This document shows, in pieces, positions 44,265 to 55,236 of a stretch of DNA of 64,000 bases. Positions within the stretch are counted from its first letter, which is position 1, and each line of letters begins with the position of its first letter. The translations under genes were made by a program, and so were the position numbers. The stretch comes from Bdellovibrionales bacterium (GTDB taxonomy: Bacteria > Bdellovibrionota > Bdellovibrionia > Bdellovibrionales > UBA1609). Location of the stretch: contig CBDHDF010000007.1 in the NCBI GenBank assembly GCA_965261545.1, forward strand, positions 416,001 through 480,000, given 5' to 3'. The notes under the pieces were generated by a model. It searched no databases. It was given only the letters and a program-made list of their open reading frames with translations, and had not been told where the DNA came from.

Positions 44265-45035
44265 TCAAGAAAGAGATCCAAGGAATTTTTTCAAAGAAGC
44301 CACAACTTCTAAAGGAATCTCGTGCTTTCCTTGGAAGGCATGAAACTCTCCCCTCCATTGAGATGCCATAAGCATATGAAACAAATTTTCAGCATGTTGA
44401 AAGCTTAATAAGTGGTCCTGTCCACCATGGCTTTGAAAAAATCTCATACCCGGCCCCTGCAATGCCCATTGAGACCATTGCTTTTGTGACAGCAAAGTCC
44501 CCGATAAGATGACCAAAGCCCTAAGCTTTGCCGATGTGGCCAACATTGCCGGCATTTCCGATGCTGCCGACGCTCTTAAAGCCACCTCTGTGCTCAACAT
44601 AGCACCCTGACTAAAACCACCTAAAATAACTTCATCAAACCTTGAAGCCACTTCATCAAAAAATACACAAACCTTTTGATAAATACTTTCTATATCCAAA
44701 GGCCGATGTTCAGACAAATCCCTGTAAGCCCCCTGCATTAAAGCTTGTTCAAATGAATCAACATCCACTTTAAACCAAGCTCTCCCCATGGAATCTGGAA
44801 TCTCCAGAACTCCATTGGGAAAAATCCAGGTAAAGTCCCCACCTACCTCTTTCGCAAGAGGGGTAAGGTTTGTACAATCTGCTCCATAGCCATGAAAGAG
44901 AACCACACATGAGGATGAAGGACCACCCACCACACAGCAGTCTAAAGGACCAATTTTCTTTACTTCCACACCTAACTCCACAGTGTCATAATAAACATGA
45001 TACATACTTGTAGATAAACATCCAAATAAAATCAA
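44265..45035 (-). CDS. Phospholipase/carboxylesterase (alpha/beta hydrolase)
   Basis: FHGYGA, GGFSQGA nucleophile elbow, HGxxD, GKHEI; true start probably ~44970. Confidence 0.9.
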   Translation of the reverse strand: MILFGCLSTSMYHVYYDTVELGVEVKKIGPLDCCVVGGPSSSCVVLFHGYGADCTNLTPLAKEVGGDFTWIFPNGVLEIPDSMGRAWFKVDVDSFEQALMQGAYRDLSEHRPLDIESIYQKVCVFFDEVASRFDEVILGGFSQGAMLSTEVALRASAASEMPAMLATSAKLRALVILSGTLLSQKQWSQWALQGPGMRFFQSHGGQDHLLSFQHAENLFHMLMASQWRGEFHAFQGKHEIPLEVVASLKKFLGSLS

Positions 45036-45090
45036 AGATTTTACTATGATGAGACAAAGATTTTATGATATATAGAAAGAAATTAATCAT

Positions 45091-45726
45091 ATGACAAAAG
45101 AAAGAATTATTGATATTTCCCCCATGCTCAGTGAAAAAACAGCTGTTTTTCCTGGAGATGAAGCCTTTTCAAGAGATGTGGTGATGGACTTTGCCAACAA
45201 TAACCACCTCACCCTCTCCTCTGTAAAGTCGACACTTCATATAGGAGCCCATGTGGATGCTCCAAGCCACTATCACCCCCATGGCGAGAGCATTGAAAAA
45301 AGAAGCCTTCACATTTATATAGGTCCATGCCAAGTGATTAAAGTTCCCACGGTCCAAGGCGAAAAGATTTCCCTCGACGACATCAAAGACACCTCTATCC
45401 AATGCCCCAGAGTCTTGTTTAAGACAGACTCCTTTCCCAACCCCAACCAATGGAACGACAACTTTTGCTCTATCTCCCCCCAAGTGGTGGAATCCCTTGC
45501 CAATTTGGGGGTTATCCTCGTAGGCATTGATACCCCCTCCATGGACCCGGCCTCCTCTATTCAACTGGAGTCCCATAAAATGATTTACTCCAAAGATATG
45601 GCCATTTTAGAAGGTATTATTTTAGAGCATGTTCCAGAAGGAGTCTACAAACTCATCGCACTGCCTTTAAAAATCCAAGGAGGAGATGCTTCCCCTGTCC
45701 GTGCCGTTCTCATTGAATCAAAATAG
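45091..45726 (+). CDS. kynB: Cyclase family protein / kynurenine formamidase
   Basis: FPGD, HIGAHVDAPSH, GIDTPS, ILEG, DASPVRAVL. Confidence 0.85.
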   Translation: MTKERIIDISPMLSEKTAVFPGDEAFSRDVVMDFANNNHLTLSSVKSTLHIGAHVDAPSHYHPHGESIEKRSLHIYIGPCQVIKVPTVQGEKISLDDIKDTSIQCPRVLFKTDSFPNPNQWNDNFCSISPQVVESLANLGVILVGIDTPSMDPASSIQLESHKMIYSKDMAILEGIILEHVPEGVYKLIALPLKIQGGDASPVRAVLIESK

Positions 45727-45739
45727 AGACGAACTTTGT

Positions 45740-47803
45740 TTACTGTGACAACGACTTATCTTCTTGAGAAGTGGTCTCAAAGCTCTGTGCAAACTCTCTA
45801 TACCCCTCCTCCTCAAGCTTCTCCGCAGGAATAAACCTCAAAGATGCGGAATTAATGCAATACCTTAAACCCGTGGGGCCAGGTCCATCATCAAAAATAT
45901 GGCCCAAATGGTTATCTCCATGCTTAGACCTCACCTCTGTTCTCTTCATGAAGTACTTTCGATCTGTCTTTTCCACAATATTATCGGAGACAAGGGGGCG
46001 CACAAAAGAAGGCCAACCCGTTCCTGAATCAAACTTATCTTTAGAGCTAAAAAGAGGTTTACCTGAAACCACATCCACATATATACCATTCTCCTTATGG
46101 TCCCAAAATTTATTTTTAAACGGGGGCTCAGTCCCATCTTTTTGAGTGACATAAAACTGCATCTGATTCAATGTCTTTTTTAGCTCTTCTCTTGAAGGTT
46201 TCACATAAATCTCCTTGGATTTTTCTTTTGATTTCTCTTTTGATTTCTCTTTTTTCAATTCTTCTTTATGTTTTAATTCTTTTTTATGTTGAGGCTCTTT
46301 TGCAAGTATATCTTTCATCGACTTAAAAATTTTATAGTTTTGACGCTCTGACCAAACCCTCGATAACACCTTATCACGCCCCGATCCATTTCGATAAAAA
46401 CCATATCGCAAGGGATTCTTCTTATAATAATCTTGGTGATAACCTTCGGCAATATAATAAGCACTCACAGGCTTGATTTCTAAGGTGATGGGCTTACTGT
46501 AAACTTTGTCTTTGGTGAGCATGCGCTTGGCCTCAAGAGCAAGTTCCCTCTGCTGAGAGTTGTGATAGTAAATTCCAGGTCGATACTGATTCCCCCTATC
46601 CACAAACTGCCCCTGTGAATCTGTGGGGTCCATATTGCGCCAGAAAATTTCCAACAAATCTTTATAAGTCACCTGCCTTGGGTCGTAAACCACGCGTATG
46701 GCCTCGGTATGCCCAGTGGCCCCCCAAGAAACATCTTCATATGTGGGCTGGGATGTTTTGCCATCGGTGTACCCAGAGATCACTTCCACAACACCAGGCA
46801 CTTTTTCAAAGGGCGATTCCATACACCAAAAACAACCCCCCGCAAAAGTGGCAAATTCAAGGGAGGGAATAAGCACTCCCCCCGTGGCTTGAAGAGGCAC
46901 TCCCTTGCTTTCCACCCAAAAAGCCACACTTAGGGAGCGAGGGCTTGCTGTCAACTCCAGTTTCATTTCAAGCGGCCCCCTGTAAACTCCTTTTTGGGGA
47001 TCAAAAGTGAGTTCTTTCTCGCCTAAATGTAACACAACAAACTCATGCTGAAGTGTTTGCCCCTTATTTTCACCCTTGAAAACTTGACTCTCTAAACCGT
47101 GACCAAGAATTCCTCCAAAAACCTTCAAGTTTTTCAAATTTTTTAAGCCTTTGCCATTTAAACTCTTTAAATCCCCATGGGAACCATGGGAAGAAGCTCC
47201 TTGAGAGCGAAGAGGTTTATACTCAATCTCAAATTTATAGTTCCCTTGAGAAATATGGGAACTTGTGACCTTCGACACCACTTTGAGAATGCCAGTCCGT
47301 GGAGACACTTCTTTCCCCTTGCCTCTTTTTGACTGAAGATGAAGATTTTGAAAGCTCCACTCCTTCCCATTTTTAACAAAACTCGGTGTGTAGATCCGAG
47401 AAGAACCCCATAATCTGGCATAGTTTTTTTGCCTCTTTGTCCAGCGTTTATTTGCAAAGGGGTCCACCCAGCCCAAGCGATTCCAATAGTCCACATGAAA
47501 AGCCACGGGAACCACAGATTTCCATAGATGAGGGTGGTTCTTTAGCTGAGAAAGCCAGGCATCAGCGGGAGGGCAACTGCTGCAACCCTCAGAACTATAA
47601 AGCTCAATAAGCTCCGCTTGAGTTTCTTCTGAAATATAAGAGACCTGGGAGTTGAAATCTTGAGACCAACCCGATGAAGCCACATCCTGAGGTCCATCGA
47701 CCTTATTGGAATTGGATTTGAAGCCTAAAACCCACCCTGAAATACAAGCTAGTGACAATGACATAGATGTTATAATAACGACTAAATAAGCTCTTTTCCA
47801 CAT
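45740..47803 (-). CDS. msrAB: Exported DUF1223 (thioredoxin-like)-MsrA-MsrB fusion
   Basis: [15 protein letters not shown] and HVDYWN (DUF1223); FAGGCFWC (MsrA); [10 protein letters not shown] and RYCINS (MsrB); N-terminal hydrophobic segment. Confidence 0.9.
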   Translation of the reverse strand: MWKRAYLVVIITSMSLSLACISGWVLGFKSNSNKVDGPQDVASSGWSQDFNSQVSYISEETQAELIELYSSEGCSSCPPADAWLSQLKNHPHLWKSVVPVAFHVDYWNRLGWVDPFANKRWTKRQKNYARLWGSSRIYTPSFVKNGKEWSFQNLHLQSKRGKGKEVSPRTGILKVVSKVTSSHISQGNYKFEIEYKPLRSQGASSHGSHGDLKSLNGKGLKNLKNLKVFGGILGHGLESQVFKGENKGQTLQHEFVVLHLGEKELTFDPQKGVYRGPLEMKLELTASPRSLSVAFWVESKGVPLQATGGVLIPSLEFATFAGGCFWCMESPFEKVPGVVEVISGYTDGKTSQPTYEDVSWGATGHTEAIRVVYDPRQVTYKDLLEIFWRNMDPTDSQGQFVDRGNQYRPGIYYHNSQQRELALEAKRMLTKDKVYSKPITLEIKPVSAYYIAEGYHQDYYKKNPLRYGFYRNGSGRDKVLSRVWSERQNYKIFKSMKDILAKEPQHKKELKHKEELKKEKSKEKSKEKSKEIYVKPSREELKKTLNQMQFYVTQKDGTEPPFKNKFWDHKENGIYVDVVSGKPLFSSKDKFDSGTGWPSFVRPLVSDNIVEKTDRKYFMKRTEVRSKHGDNHLGHIFDDGPGPTGLRYCINSASLRFIPAEKLEEEGYREFAQSFETTSQEDKSLSQ

Positions 47804-47988
47804 ATTCTCTCCTTATGACCTCAACTTACTATGGTGCGAGTTGATGATTCTATCTCAACAGGGAAATACAGGGGCTTACTCTCAACTTTTAAAAGCAGTT
47901 ATGCCTTATATATTATATATATTCGGAAGAAAGTCACAATCAAATGAGGTTATTGTAGTTTATTGAGAGACCTCTCGGATGACCTCGT

Positions 47989-48102
47989 TCAAGACGATTG
48001 GGTAGAAAAGCGGTTGCCCGACCCAAGTCCGAGTTCTAATGCTAGTATCCCTGCAACCCATCTCTTTTGAGACTCACTTAAAGTGGGAATCACTTTGAGC
48101 CA
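47989..48102 (-). pseudogene. Possible ISAzo13-family transposase N-terminal relic (second copy at 53773-53886)
   Basis: WLKVIPTLSESQKRWVAGILALELG resembles the LxExQxR...ALELGxGG start of that family. Confidence 0.45.
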
Positions 48103-48281
48103 TTCTCTACCTATTCCCTGAATAGAAATTAAACACTGTATGCCAAAAAATGTAACTTTTTCCAATTCAAGATTGTCTATAGGTCAATATAATATGAAAT
48201 AATATGAAATATGTATTTCCATAATTTTCATGAATATATTACATTTATGAAAGGTTATAATATTTTCTTAATAAAAAATTT

Positions 48282-50378
48282 GTGAGTTCTGACTGAAAGT
48301 AAAATTTGGCTAGGCGGAGGGGATGAAGTTGGCATCCCTTTCACACGACCATAGTCTAGTCTGAGCGAACGGAAAAGAACTCTCTATTATGACAAGGGCC
48401 ACAGCATGAATATTTCATGGAGGGAAACTCTTCGTGGGAAGAGTTCCAGACAAGAGGCAAATCCAAAAATTCAGGCTATACCTGAGATTCATAGCTATCA
48501 GTAGAGTGAAAAAAAATCATGAATATTCAAAATTTTTCTGTACAAAGGAGATCGCCTTGGTATTATTTCAAAATGCACAATCATTTTGACATTTGTCTGA
48601 CCCATAAAGAAATTAAGAGATTCCCTAGAAAGGACCTAGAGAATGAATTTATGAATGTGCAAGAGAAGGTCTTTAAACAGAATGAAGAGATGATCAAAAA
48701 AGACCAAGAAATTATCAAGAAAGACCAAGAAATTATCAAGAAAGACCAAGAGATTCAAGAACTAAAAGAAGAGCTCAACCATCTGAAAAAGGATGTTGAG
48801 TCCAAAGGAATCCAAGAGGTCAATAAGTTGGCTAATGAACCCTCTTCAAAAAAGCCTGAGTGGGATAAGGATGGCAATCCTAAGAAAAAAGGCAAGAAAC
48901 AAAAGAAAAAGAATGGTGGTTCTCGAAAGGGTTCTGGCAACAAGAAGAAGAATTTAACTCCTGATGAGAAAAATACAACTCCCTTAGACACTTGTCCTGA
49001 ATGTGGTGAGGACTTAGAAGATAGAATTGTCTATGAGAGTCCCTCAAGAATCATAGAAGATCTTCCAGATACTCAACAAGCTATTGTATACCAGGAAACG
49101 ACAGAAAAAAAATGGTGTCCTATTTGTCAGAAGATTGTATCTTCAAAGAGTGAGAAAGGGCTTCCAAGCAGTGATTATGGTTTGAACACAATGACCTTAT
49201 GTGCTTATTTTTGGGTGATCACAGCTATTTCCCTTCCCAATATTTCAAAGTATCTCATGAATTTTTTTAGAATGCCTCTGTCAACCTCTGGAATTTCAAA
49301 AATGATGTGTCGCTTAGGTGATATTTTAACCCCAGTTTATGAAGAAATTTTACAAGATGTGAAATCAGGGTCCTGTATTTGGGCGGATGAGACGGGTTGG
49401 CGAATCAGGGGACAACTTCATTGGTTGTGGGCCTTTGCGAACAAAAAATCTGCTTATTATTGGGTAGACAAGTCCAGGGGTAGCGATGTGGTTAATCGAA
49501 TTCTAGGTGATATCTTCTCAGGAGTTTTGATAACTGATGCATGGTCAGGTTACTTTAAAATTGAGAGTTACAAGCAAACTTGTATGGCTCATATCTTTAG
49601 GAAGATACGTAAATTCATAGATGCTCATCCGGATTATAGGTCTATCTTAAAGTTTTACATCAAATTACGTCGAATATTGAGAGACGCTCAGAAACTCAAG
49701 GAAAATCGTGAAGAGTTGGGAGAGTTTGTTTTCAAAAGACGATTGGATCTCTTGAAAAGTCGCCTATCCGAGATTTTAAAATGGAAGAATCCTAACTCCA
49801 TTTTGAAGGAAGTCATTGCAAAAGTAAAACGCCAACAAGAGTACATTTTAACCTTTGTTGAGCATAAAGATGCCACTTCCCACAATAACTATGCAGAGTA
49901 TATTATTAAGAAGGGCGTTTTAAAACGTAAAATTTCAGGTGGAAGTATGTCAATGAAGGGTGCTAAAGCCTACTCTATCCTTATTTCCATAGGTCAGACT
50001 TGTCATTTACGAGGTCTATCCTTTCATGGATTTCTCAAAGATTCTCTGTTGGAATATATTAGGACCGGCAAGCCCATGTCACTTTCCAAATATGAGTTGA
50101 CCCAAGAGCAACAAAGGAAAGCCGTTTAATCTCTTGAGGCAACTCTTTGATAAACCACAAGATAAAGAAAGCAACGATTCGCCCCATTCTTTCGTGCCCC
50201 CCTTTACAGAGTCTAGTCAAACTTCTTCAATGATGTCAGCATCACTTCCACTCTCCTTGGCCACTTGACGTCATGATAAAGAGATATTAGAGGATTGTCC
50301 ACCCATCTGCTAGCAAGCAGGGAAGTTTGACTCCCGCTCCTCCCCCCTAGCCAGATTTTACTTTCAGTCAGAACTCAC
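48282..50378 (+). mobile_element. IS66-family element with a single ORF (2097 bp)
   Basis: 33-bp IRs GTGAGTTCTGACTGAAAGTAAAAT(T/C)TGGCTAGG; 8-bp TSD AAAAATTT; empty site visible in repeat copy 2. Confidence 0.93.
48519..50129 (+). CDS. IS66-family transposase
   Basis: Coiled coil, PSS motif, CPECG/WCPIC zinc finger, ADETGW, LITD, NNYAE. Confidence 0.92.
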   Translation: MNIQNFSVQRRSPWYYFKMHNHFDICLTHKEIKRFPRKDLENEFMNVQEKVFKQNEEMIKKDQEIIKKDQEIIKKDQEIQELKEELNHLKKDVESKGIQEVNKLANEPSSKKPEWDKDGNPKKKGKKQKKKNGGSRKGSGNKKKNLTPDEKNTTPLDTCPECGEDLEDRIVYESPSRIIEDLPDTQQAIVYQETTEKKWCPICQKIVSSKSEKGLPSSDYGLNTMTLCAYFWVITAISLPNISKYLMNFFRMPLSTSGISKMMCRLGDILTPVYEEILQDVKSGSCIWADETGWRIRGQLHWLWAFANKKSAYYWVDKSRGSDVVNRILGDIFSGVLITDAWSGYFKIESYKQTCMAHIFRKIRKFIDAHPDYRSILKFYIKLRRILRDAQKLKENREELGEFVFKRRLDLLKSRLSEILKWKNPNSILKEVIAKVKRQQEYILTFVEHKDATSHNNYAEYIIKKGVLKRKISGGSMSMKGAKAYSILISIGQTCHLRGLSFHGFLKDSLLEYIRTGKPMSLSKYELTQEQQRKAV

Positions 50379-51361
50379 AAAAATTTTAACAAAACACAAC
50401 TGTAAGATTGACTATTAGTGGTTATTTCTATATTCATTTTTACGACTGATCGGACCCTCATTTATAGAAGCTTGTGGATTCACAATTTTATTCACAATTC
50501 CACCTATGGAAGTGCCGCCGATGTGTTGGTGAGTTCCCGGACGTAGGTCCCCATTTAGATCGTCTGTTTTCAAAATTCGTCCTTGAACCCGACTATCCGC
50601 AATCTTGTTTCTATATCTGTTTTCTCACTGATACAGAAACAACCCACATGTAGGCTTCCTCGCTGCTGATCTTTATCCGGAAATCAAGTCTCTCAACTTA
50701 CCGAAACTTACCAAAACTATCAGCCCGTGGAACGAATTTCACACGATCCTATATTTAACTTACTCGGCTCTCTATTTCTCACGCTTGAGATGTTTTTTAC
50801 ATTCAAGCTGGTTTTCTTTAATTATCAGGTACATAAAACAGCTGTGTCTTGCTCACCTATTCAAGGTCTTCACCCTTACGGGATCGCCTTATCCTGTTCC
50901 CCCTGCCGCCCATGTCAACATGCAGTAAATATCAGAGTCATAATTGCTCTATGGAGGTTCGTTGTCCATGGGGCGAGGCTCGTCACCGTTTTTATCAAGA
51001 AAATTTCAAGATTTACGAAGCTATTCAATCTTTTATCAAATTACATTATTTCATATTTCATAACTCCTCCCCCTCAGAAATGCCTAGCCACAGTCATTTG
51101 TAATGTAAAAGGCATAATTAAACTCCTGGGTATTCCTATTCCACCCAATGACTGCGTTACATGCAGCATACTAAGACCACTGAGGTGAGTCAGTTATCCA
51201 CAGACTCATCCATGGTGACGCTGCGGCTATGGCCCTAGGGGAGCCAATAAGGCAGCGCTGCTGTGGATGAGTCTGTGGATAACTGCGACGGAGTCTCCAC
51301 ACAAGTGTGTTGGCAACTCTGTCCTCCGTGGTTTCATGTACAAAGCTCGGATCCTGAAATG

Positions 51362-53608
51362 CTAGGCTCCCATCTTCTCCAAATTGGCTTGGAAAGCATA
51401 TTCCTTATAGCCACGGTTGTCCCGCAGCATCGCATAGCAGATACAGCTCATCTTGCGAGCCAGGGCCACAACAGCCTTATTGGTTCCCCTCCTCGACTCA
51501 ACCTCTAAGGCCCATTTCCGAACAGGATCATCACATTTAGTGCTCTTTTTGAGCCAAGCCCGCGCCCCATGGATGAGATAGCGACGTAATATCTCATTGC
51601 CACTTTTGGTGATGGAGCCCATCATACGAGTGTTTGCTGAAGAGCTAACACTGGGAACTAAACCCAGGTAGCTGGCAAACTTACTGGCATCATCAAAACG
51701 ACTGATATCATCCACCACTGCCACCATAGCCGCAGCCGTGAGAAGACCAACTCCAGGCAAAGTTCTCAATTGTTTTACAGACTCTTTCTCCTGAACTAAA
51801 AACTCAATCCGGTGGGTGATAGACTTTTCTTGCTGTTGGAGGGCTTCGGCCTGACCGTACAATTCCTGAAGCAATGCCGTTTCCTTAAGCCACCACACCC
51901 CTCTGCCTCTGCGTTAAGCTATTTCTTTTAAAAGAACTCCCAGCCCTTTTGATAGACCTTTCATAGCTTCTTTTGAAGTGCCTCCTCTTCTCCATTGAAA
52001 TCTTCATCAGCAACTTTATCTGCTTCCTAAATTTCTGATAGAGCCCCGCAACAAAAAGGGGGATGCTATCCATTATGAAATCAAGAATCAGTTTAAAGTT
52101 AGGTTTTTTGTAGTCATTTTTTACCAACTGATTCACACTGTCTTCATCCTCATTTATGCTCATTTGAATCTTTGTATAATTGAAGAGCCAAAAATAAGAA
52201 TACAGCTCTTGCAATATTCCATTAAGGCTTGTTGAGTGCCACTGCTCCATTTTCATTGTCGATGTAAAATCACGAAATGTCGTTTCTATTTCCCAACGAC
52301 GAGAGTAAAGAGCAACCATATCCTTCTTGTCCAAGGAGCCATGCGGAAGATTAGTGGCCAAAACAGAGAACTCCCCAGTCTTTGGGTTTTTATACTTATA
52401 GAGATGAATGACCACCCCCTCAATAACCATTCGTGAATACCAACCTGGGCCATTAAATAAATTTACGATGGGGATAAAAGTAGAGCCTCGCTTACAACGC
52501 GCAATAACCCTCCTTTAAAAGATCTTTAGAGCGAGGAAGTGCTAATTGGTCGCCATCTATGGCATAGATATAAAAGCCATGAAACGTTTTTCTCAATGGT
52601 TCGTAGTCTGTAATCAGAGATTCAAAGATATTTTTAAAAAATAGGTAAGAAATACTTTGACGTATCTTGCTGAGACTGCTTTTGACTGGCATGAGAAGCA
52701 GGTCACCAAAATGAGTCCATACCGTCTTAAGAGCGATTTGGTAGCCTTCGTAATTTGTTCCGGAAATAAGATAGATAATAGTAAAAAAGAAAATTTGAGG
52801 ATTAAATTTTCGATTCCTTTTTTGTTTTTCTGGATCGACAAGGTGCTCTGGCTTGAAGGAAGAATCAAGTTTTGGTAGAATAAAATGGTCATCTGTGACG
52901 CGAACTCGTCATTTGGGGGCTTTCGAGATCAATATTGGATTGCATGTGACTTACTCCTTGGTTGAGGGTTGGGTGTAAAATAAAACAAGTCTTATTCTTG
53001 TCGATTTATCTAATAATTTCAAGAGATTTTTCTTAAGGAAACGGCATTGATTCCTGAAGAGTGCTGCGAATAAAAGGATTGGGCACTTTGGAAATAGTCG
53101 CTGGTGCTTTCACCCAAAACTGATTTGCTCCCACGGGAATCGTAAGACCCTGTTCCCTCAAAAGACCTCTGATGTGGTTTGTTAAACTCACCCGTGTGCC
53201 TACAGTAAGTTCACGGGAAACGAGCAGACTCTTTATGTCTCTGGAACCAGGACTACGGAGATGAACCTCACAATCACTATCAGGGTTCAGGCGCAGAAAA
53301 GTATTTAAAGCCTTGGCATCCCGCTCGTCGGTTTTCTTGCCGCTGATACCTATGCCCCTAAACTTGTTTGGGTTGATGATGTGAACAGTGTGACCCAAAT
53401 CCTGTAATTTCTGGACATAGGGGTTAACCCCTCCTGTGGCCTCAATGGCTATCTCACAGGGTTCTCTATTTGAGAAATAGCGAGGAAGATTCTTCGTCTG
53501 AATACAACTGACTCTAGGGACTCCTTGAACCATTTCTCCCTTTTGATCTGTAGCATAAAGAACTGAGTTATTCTTGTGAAAATCGACTCCTATGTATAAC
53601 TTGGGCAT
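51362..53608 (-). pseudogene. IS110 recombinase (352 aa reconstructed) disrupted by IS4 insertion
   Basis: N-part YIGVDFHK...IEATG...KKTDERDA; C-part LPGVG...ASYLGLVPSVSSSA...VALARK; halves rejoin in frame as RSTLQELYGQ. Confidence 0.92.
51872..53049 (-). mobile_element. Degenerate IS4-family element (1178 bp)
   Basis: 18-bp perfect IRs CAATGCCGTTTCCTTAAG; 10-bp TSD ATTCCTGAAG; fragmented transposase with YAIDG and LYSRRWEIETTFR. Confidence 0.92.
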
Positions 53609-53709
53609 TGCCGCTCCTTTCGTTTGTGAGCCTTTTGAGCTCGGTTTTTGTGTGGATAAGTATAACAACTTAGACCACGATGAAAAGGGGCGGCACTTCC
53701 ATGCCTCCA

Positions 53710-54179
53710 GAAGAAAGTCACAATCAAATGAGGTTATTGTAGTTTATTGAGAGACCTCTCGGATGACCTCGTTCAAGACGATTGGGTAGAAAAGCGGTTG
53801 CCCGACCCAAGTCCGAGTTCTAATGCTAGTATCCCTGCAACCCATCTCTTTTGAGACTCACTTAAAGTGGGAATCACTTTGAGCCATTCTCTACCTATTC
53901 CCTGAATAGAAATTAAACACTGTATGCCAAAAAATGTAACTTTTTCCAATTCAAGATTGTCTATAGGTCAATATAATATGAAATAATATGAAATATGTAT
54001 TTCCATAATTTTCATGAATATATTACATTTATGAAAGGTTATAATATTTTCTTAATAAAAAATTTTAACAAAACACAACTGTAAGATTGACTATTAGTGG
54101 TTATTTCTATATTCATTTTTACGACTGATCGGACCCTCATTTATAGAAGCTTGTGGATTCACAATTTTATTCACAATTC
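53710..54179. repeat. 470-bp direct repeat, copy 2 (uninterrupted)
   Basis: Runs gaagaaagtcacaatc...ttattcacaattc, matching copy 1. Confidence 0.95.
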
Positions 54180-54396
54180 TATACTGTCCTCTTGAAGAGG
54201 CTTAGGTGTGAGAAGTTACAAATAAAGTTAAGTCGTTAAGAAAGAATAAAAATAAACAATCATTTTTTTAAATAACTTGGACTGGAGGTATCATCAAACA
54301 AAGTAAATTTATTTAACAAATAATTATTTTTTTATAAACTTAAAAGTAATAATAAACTTAAAAGTAATAATTTAGATAATTTTAAACTTTATTTAA

Positions 54397-55146
54397 ATGA
54401 AAAGGAGTTATACTATGATAAAATTAAAAGTGGTAATTAGATCTATTTTTATTTTCAGCTTATTTCAAATGATTATGATTTCTTCATCTCAAGCCGATTC
54501 TGAAGCGCAAAATACTCAGCAGGTTGATGGTTGGTACATTTCAGGAAGTGTCGTCAGACCTTTAAATACAGACAATGATTTTTCAGTTGAAGACTCTGCT
54601 CTTGACCGTTCAGGAAATGTGAGCTTGAGTGCAGATGGTATCGGTATGAGTTTGGCTCTTGGACGTAAAATCAATGAGAACATTCGTATAGAAGGTGAAC
54701 TTTTTTGGGTGCCTCGTAGTCTTGATAATGCAACATATTCTAGTGTGTCGAGACCTGGTCTTGGTCTTGTAGACATGGTAAATAAAACAAGTGAAATATC
54801 AGGAGATACAGATACACAAGGTGCTATGCTCAATTTCGCCTATGATTTTGATACGGGAACTCCTTTCAAACCTTATGTTGCTGTTGGTGTGGGCTTTGCT
54901 AAAGTTGAACTCGATGGTACAGTCACAATCCTAGGCCGAGAAGGTACTCTTTCAGGTTCCGATACAGTTCTTGCTCTTCAAGGGCAGGTAGGTATGGCCT
55001 ACGAAGTAGCTGAGAATACAAATCTTATTTTTGTCTATCGACTTCTTAGCCTTCAAGATGGTGAAGTCGAAGATTCACGCGGTACTACAAAAGTGGATGG
55101 AAACACCCATGATGAAATCATGGTAGGAATTCGATACCACTTTTAG
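54397..55146 (+). CDS. Outer membrane beta-barrel protein (porin/opacity-like)
   Basis: Signal peptide ending SQA; GWYISG; RIEGE; KPYVAVGVG; terminal GIRYHF motif; start may be 54415. Confidence 0.88.
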   Translation: MKRSYTMIKLKVVIRSIFIFSLFQMIMISSSQADSEAQNTQQVDGWYISGSVVRPLNTDNDFSVEDSALDRSGNVSLSADGIGMSLALGRKINENIRIEGELFWVPRSLDNATYSSVSRPGLGLVDMVNKTSEISGDTDTQGAMLNFAYDFDTGTPFKPYVAVGVGFAKVELDGTVTILGREGTLSGSDTVLALQGQVGMAYEVAENTNLIFVYRLLSLQDGEVEDSRGTTKVDGNTHDEIMVGIRYHF

Positions 55147-55165
55147 TTCAAGCTAAGTTATTCAA

Positions 55166-55202
55166 GAGTGTGCGCATTTTCAAAGAAAGAATGCGCATTC
55201 TC
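55166..55202. terminator. Hairpin between convergent genes
   Basis: gagtgtgcgcatt ... aatgcgcattctc inverted repeat; no clear U-tract. Confidence 0.5.
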
Positions 55203-55236
55203 AGTGTCTGAAATTACTAGACTTACTAAGGTAGGG

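Larger units (their letters stand above)
47926..50500. repeat. 470-bp direct repeat, copy 1 (interrupted by IS66)
   Basis: 47926-48281 plus 50387-50500 match 53710-54179 with no differences seen by eye. Confidence 0.95.
50501..53709 (-). mobile_element. IS110-family, IS1111-type element (2021 bp once the IS4 and one TSD are removed)
   Basis: Subterminal IRs ATGGAAGTGCCGCC (50506) / GGCGGCACTTCCAT (53689-53702); short 5' end; ~860-bp 3' non-coding region. Confidence 0.88.

Noticed and set aside
50727..51188. 153-aa and 84-aa ORFs as IS110 cargo genes
   Set aside because: Antisense to the recombinase, no RBS or recognisable motif; a non-coding role is more plausible, though cargo is not excluded
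50470..54400. oriC, suggested by DnaA boxes and AT-rich DNA
   Set aside because: The perfect boxes lie inside an IS element, and no dnaA/dnaN/gidA/parAB context is present
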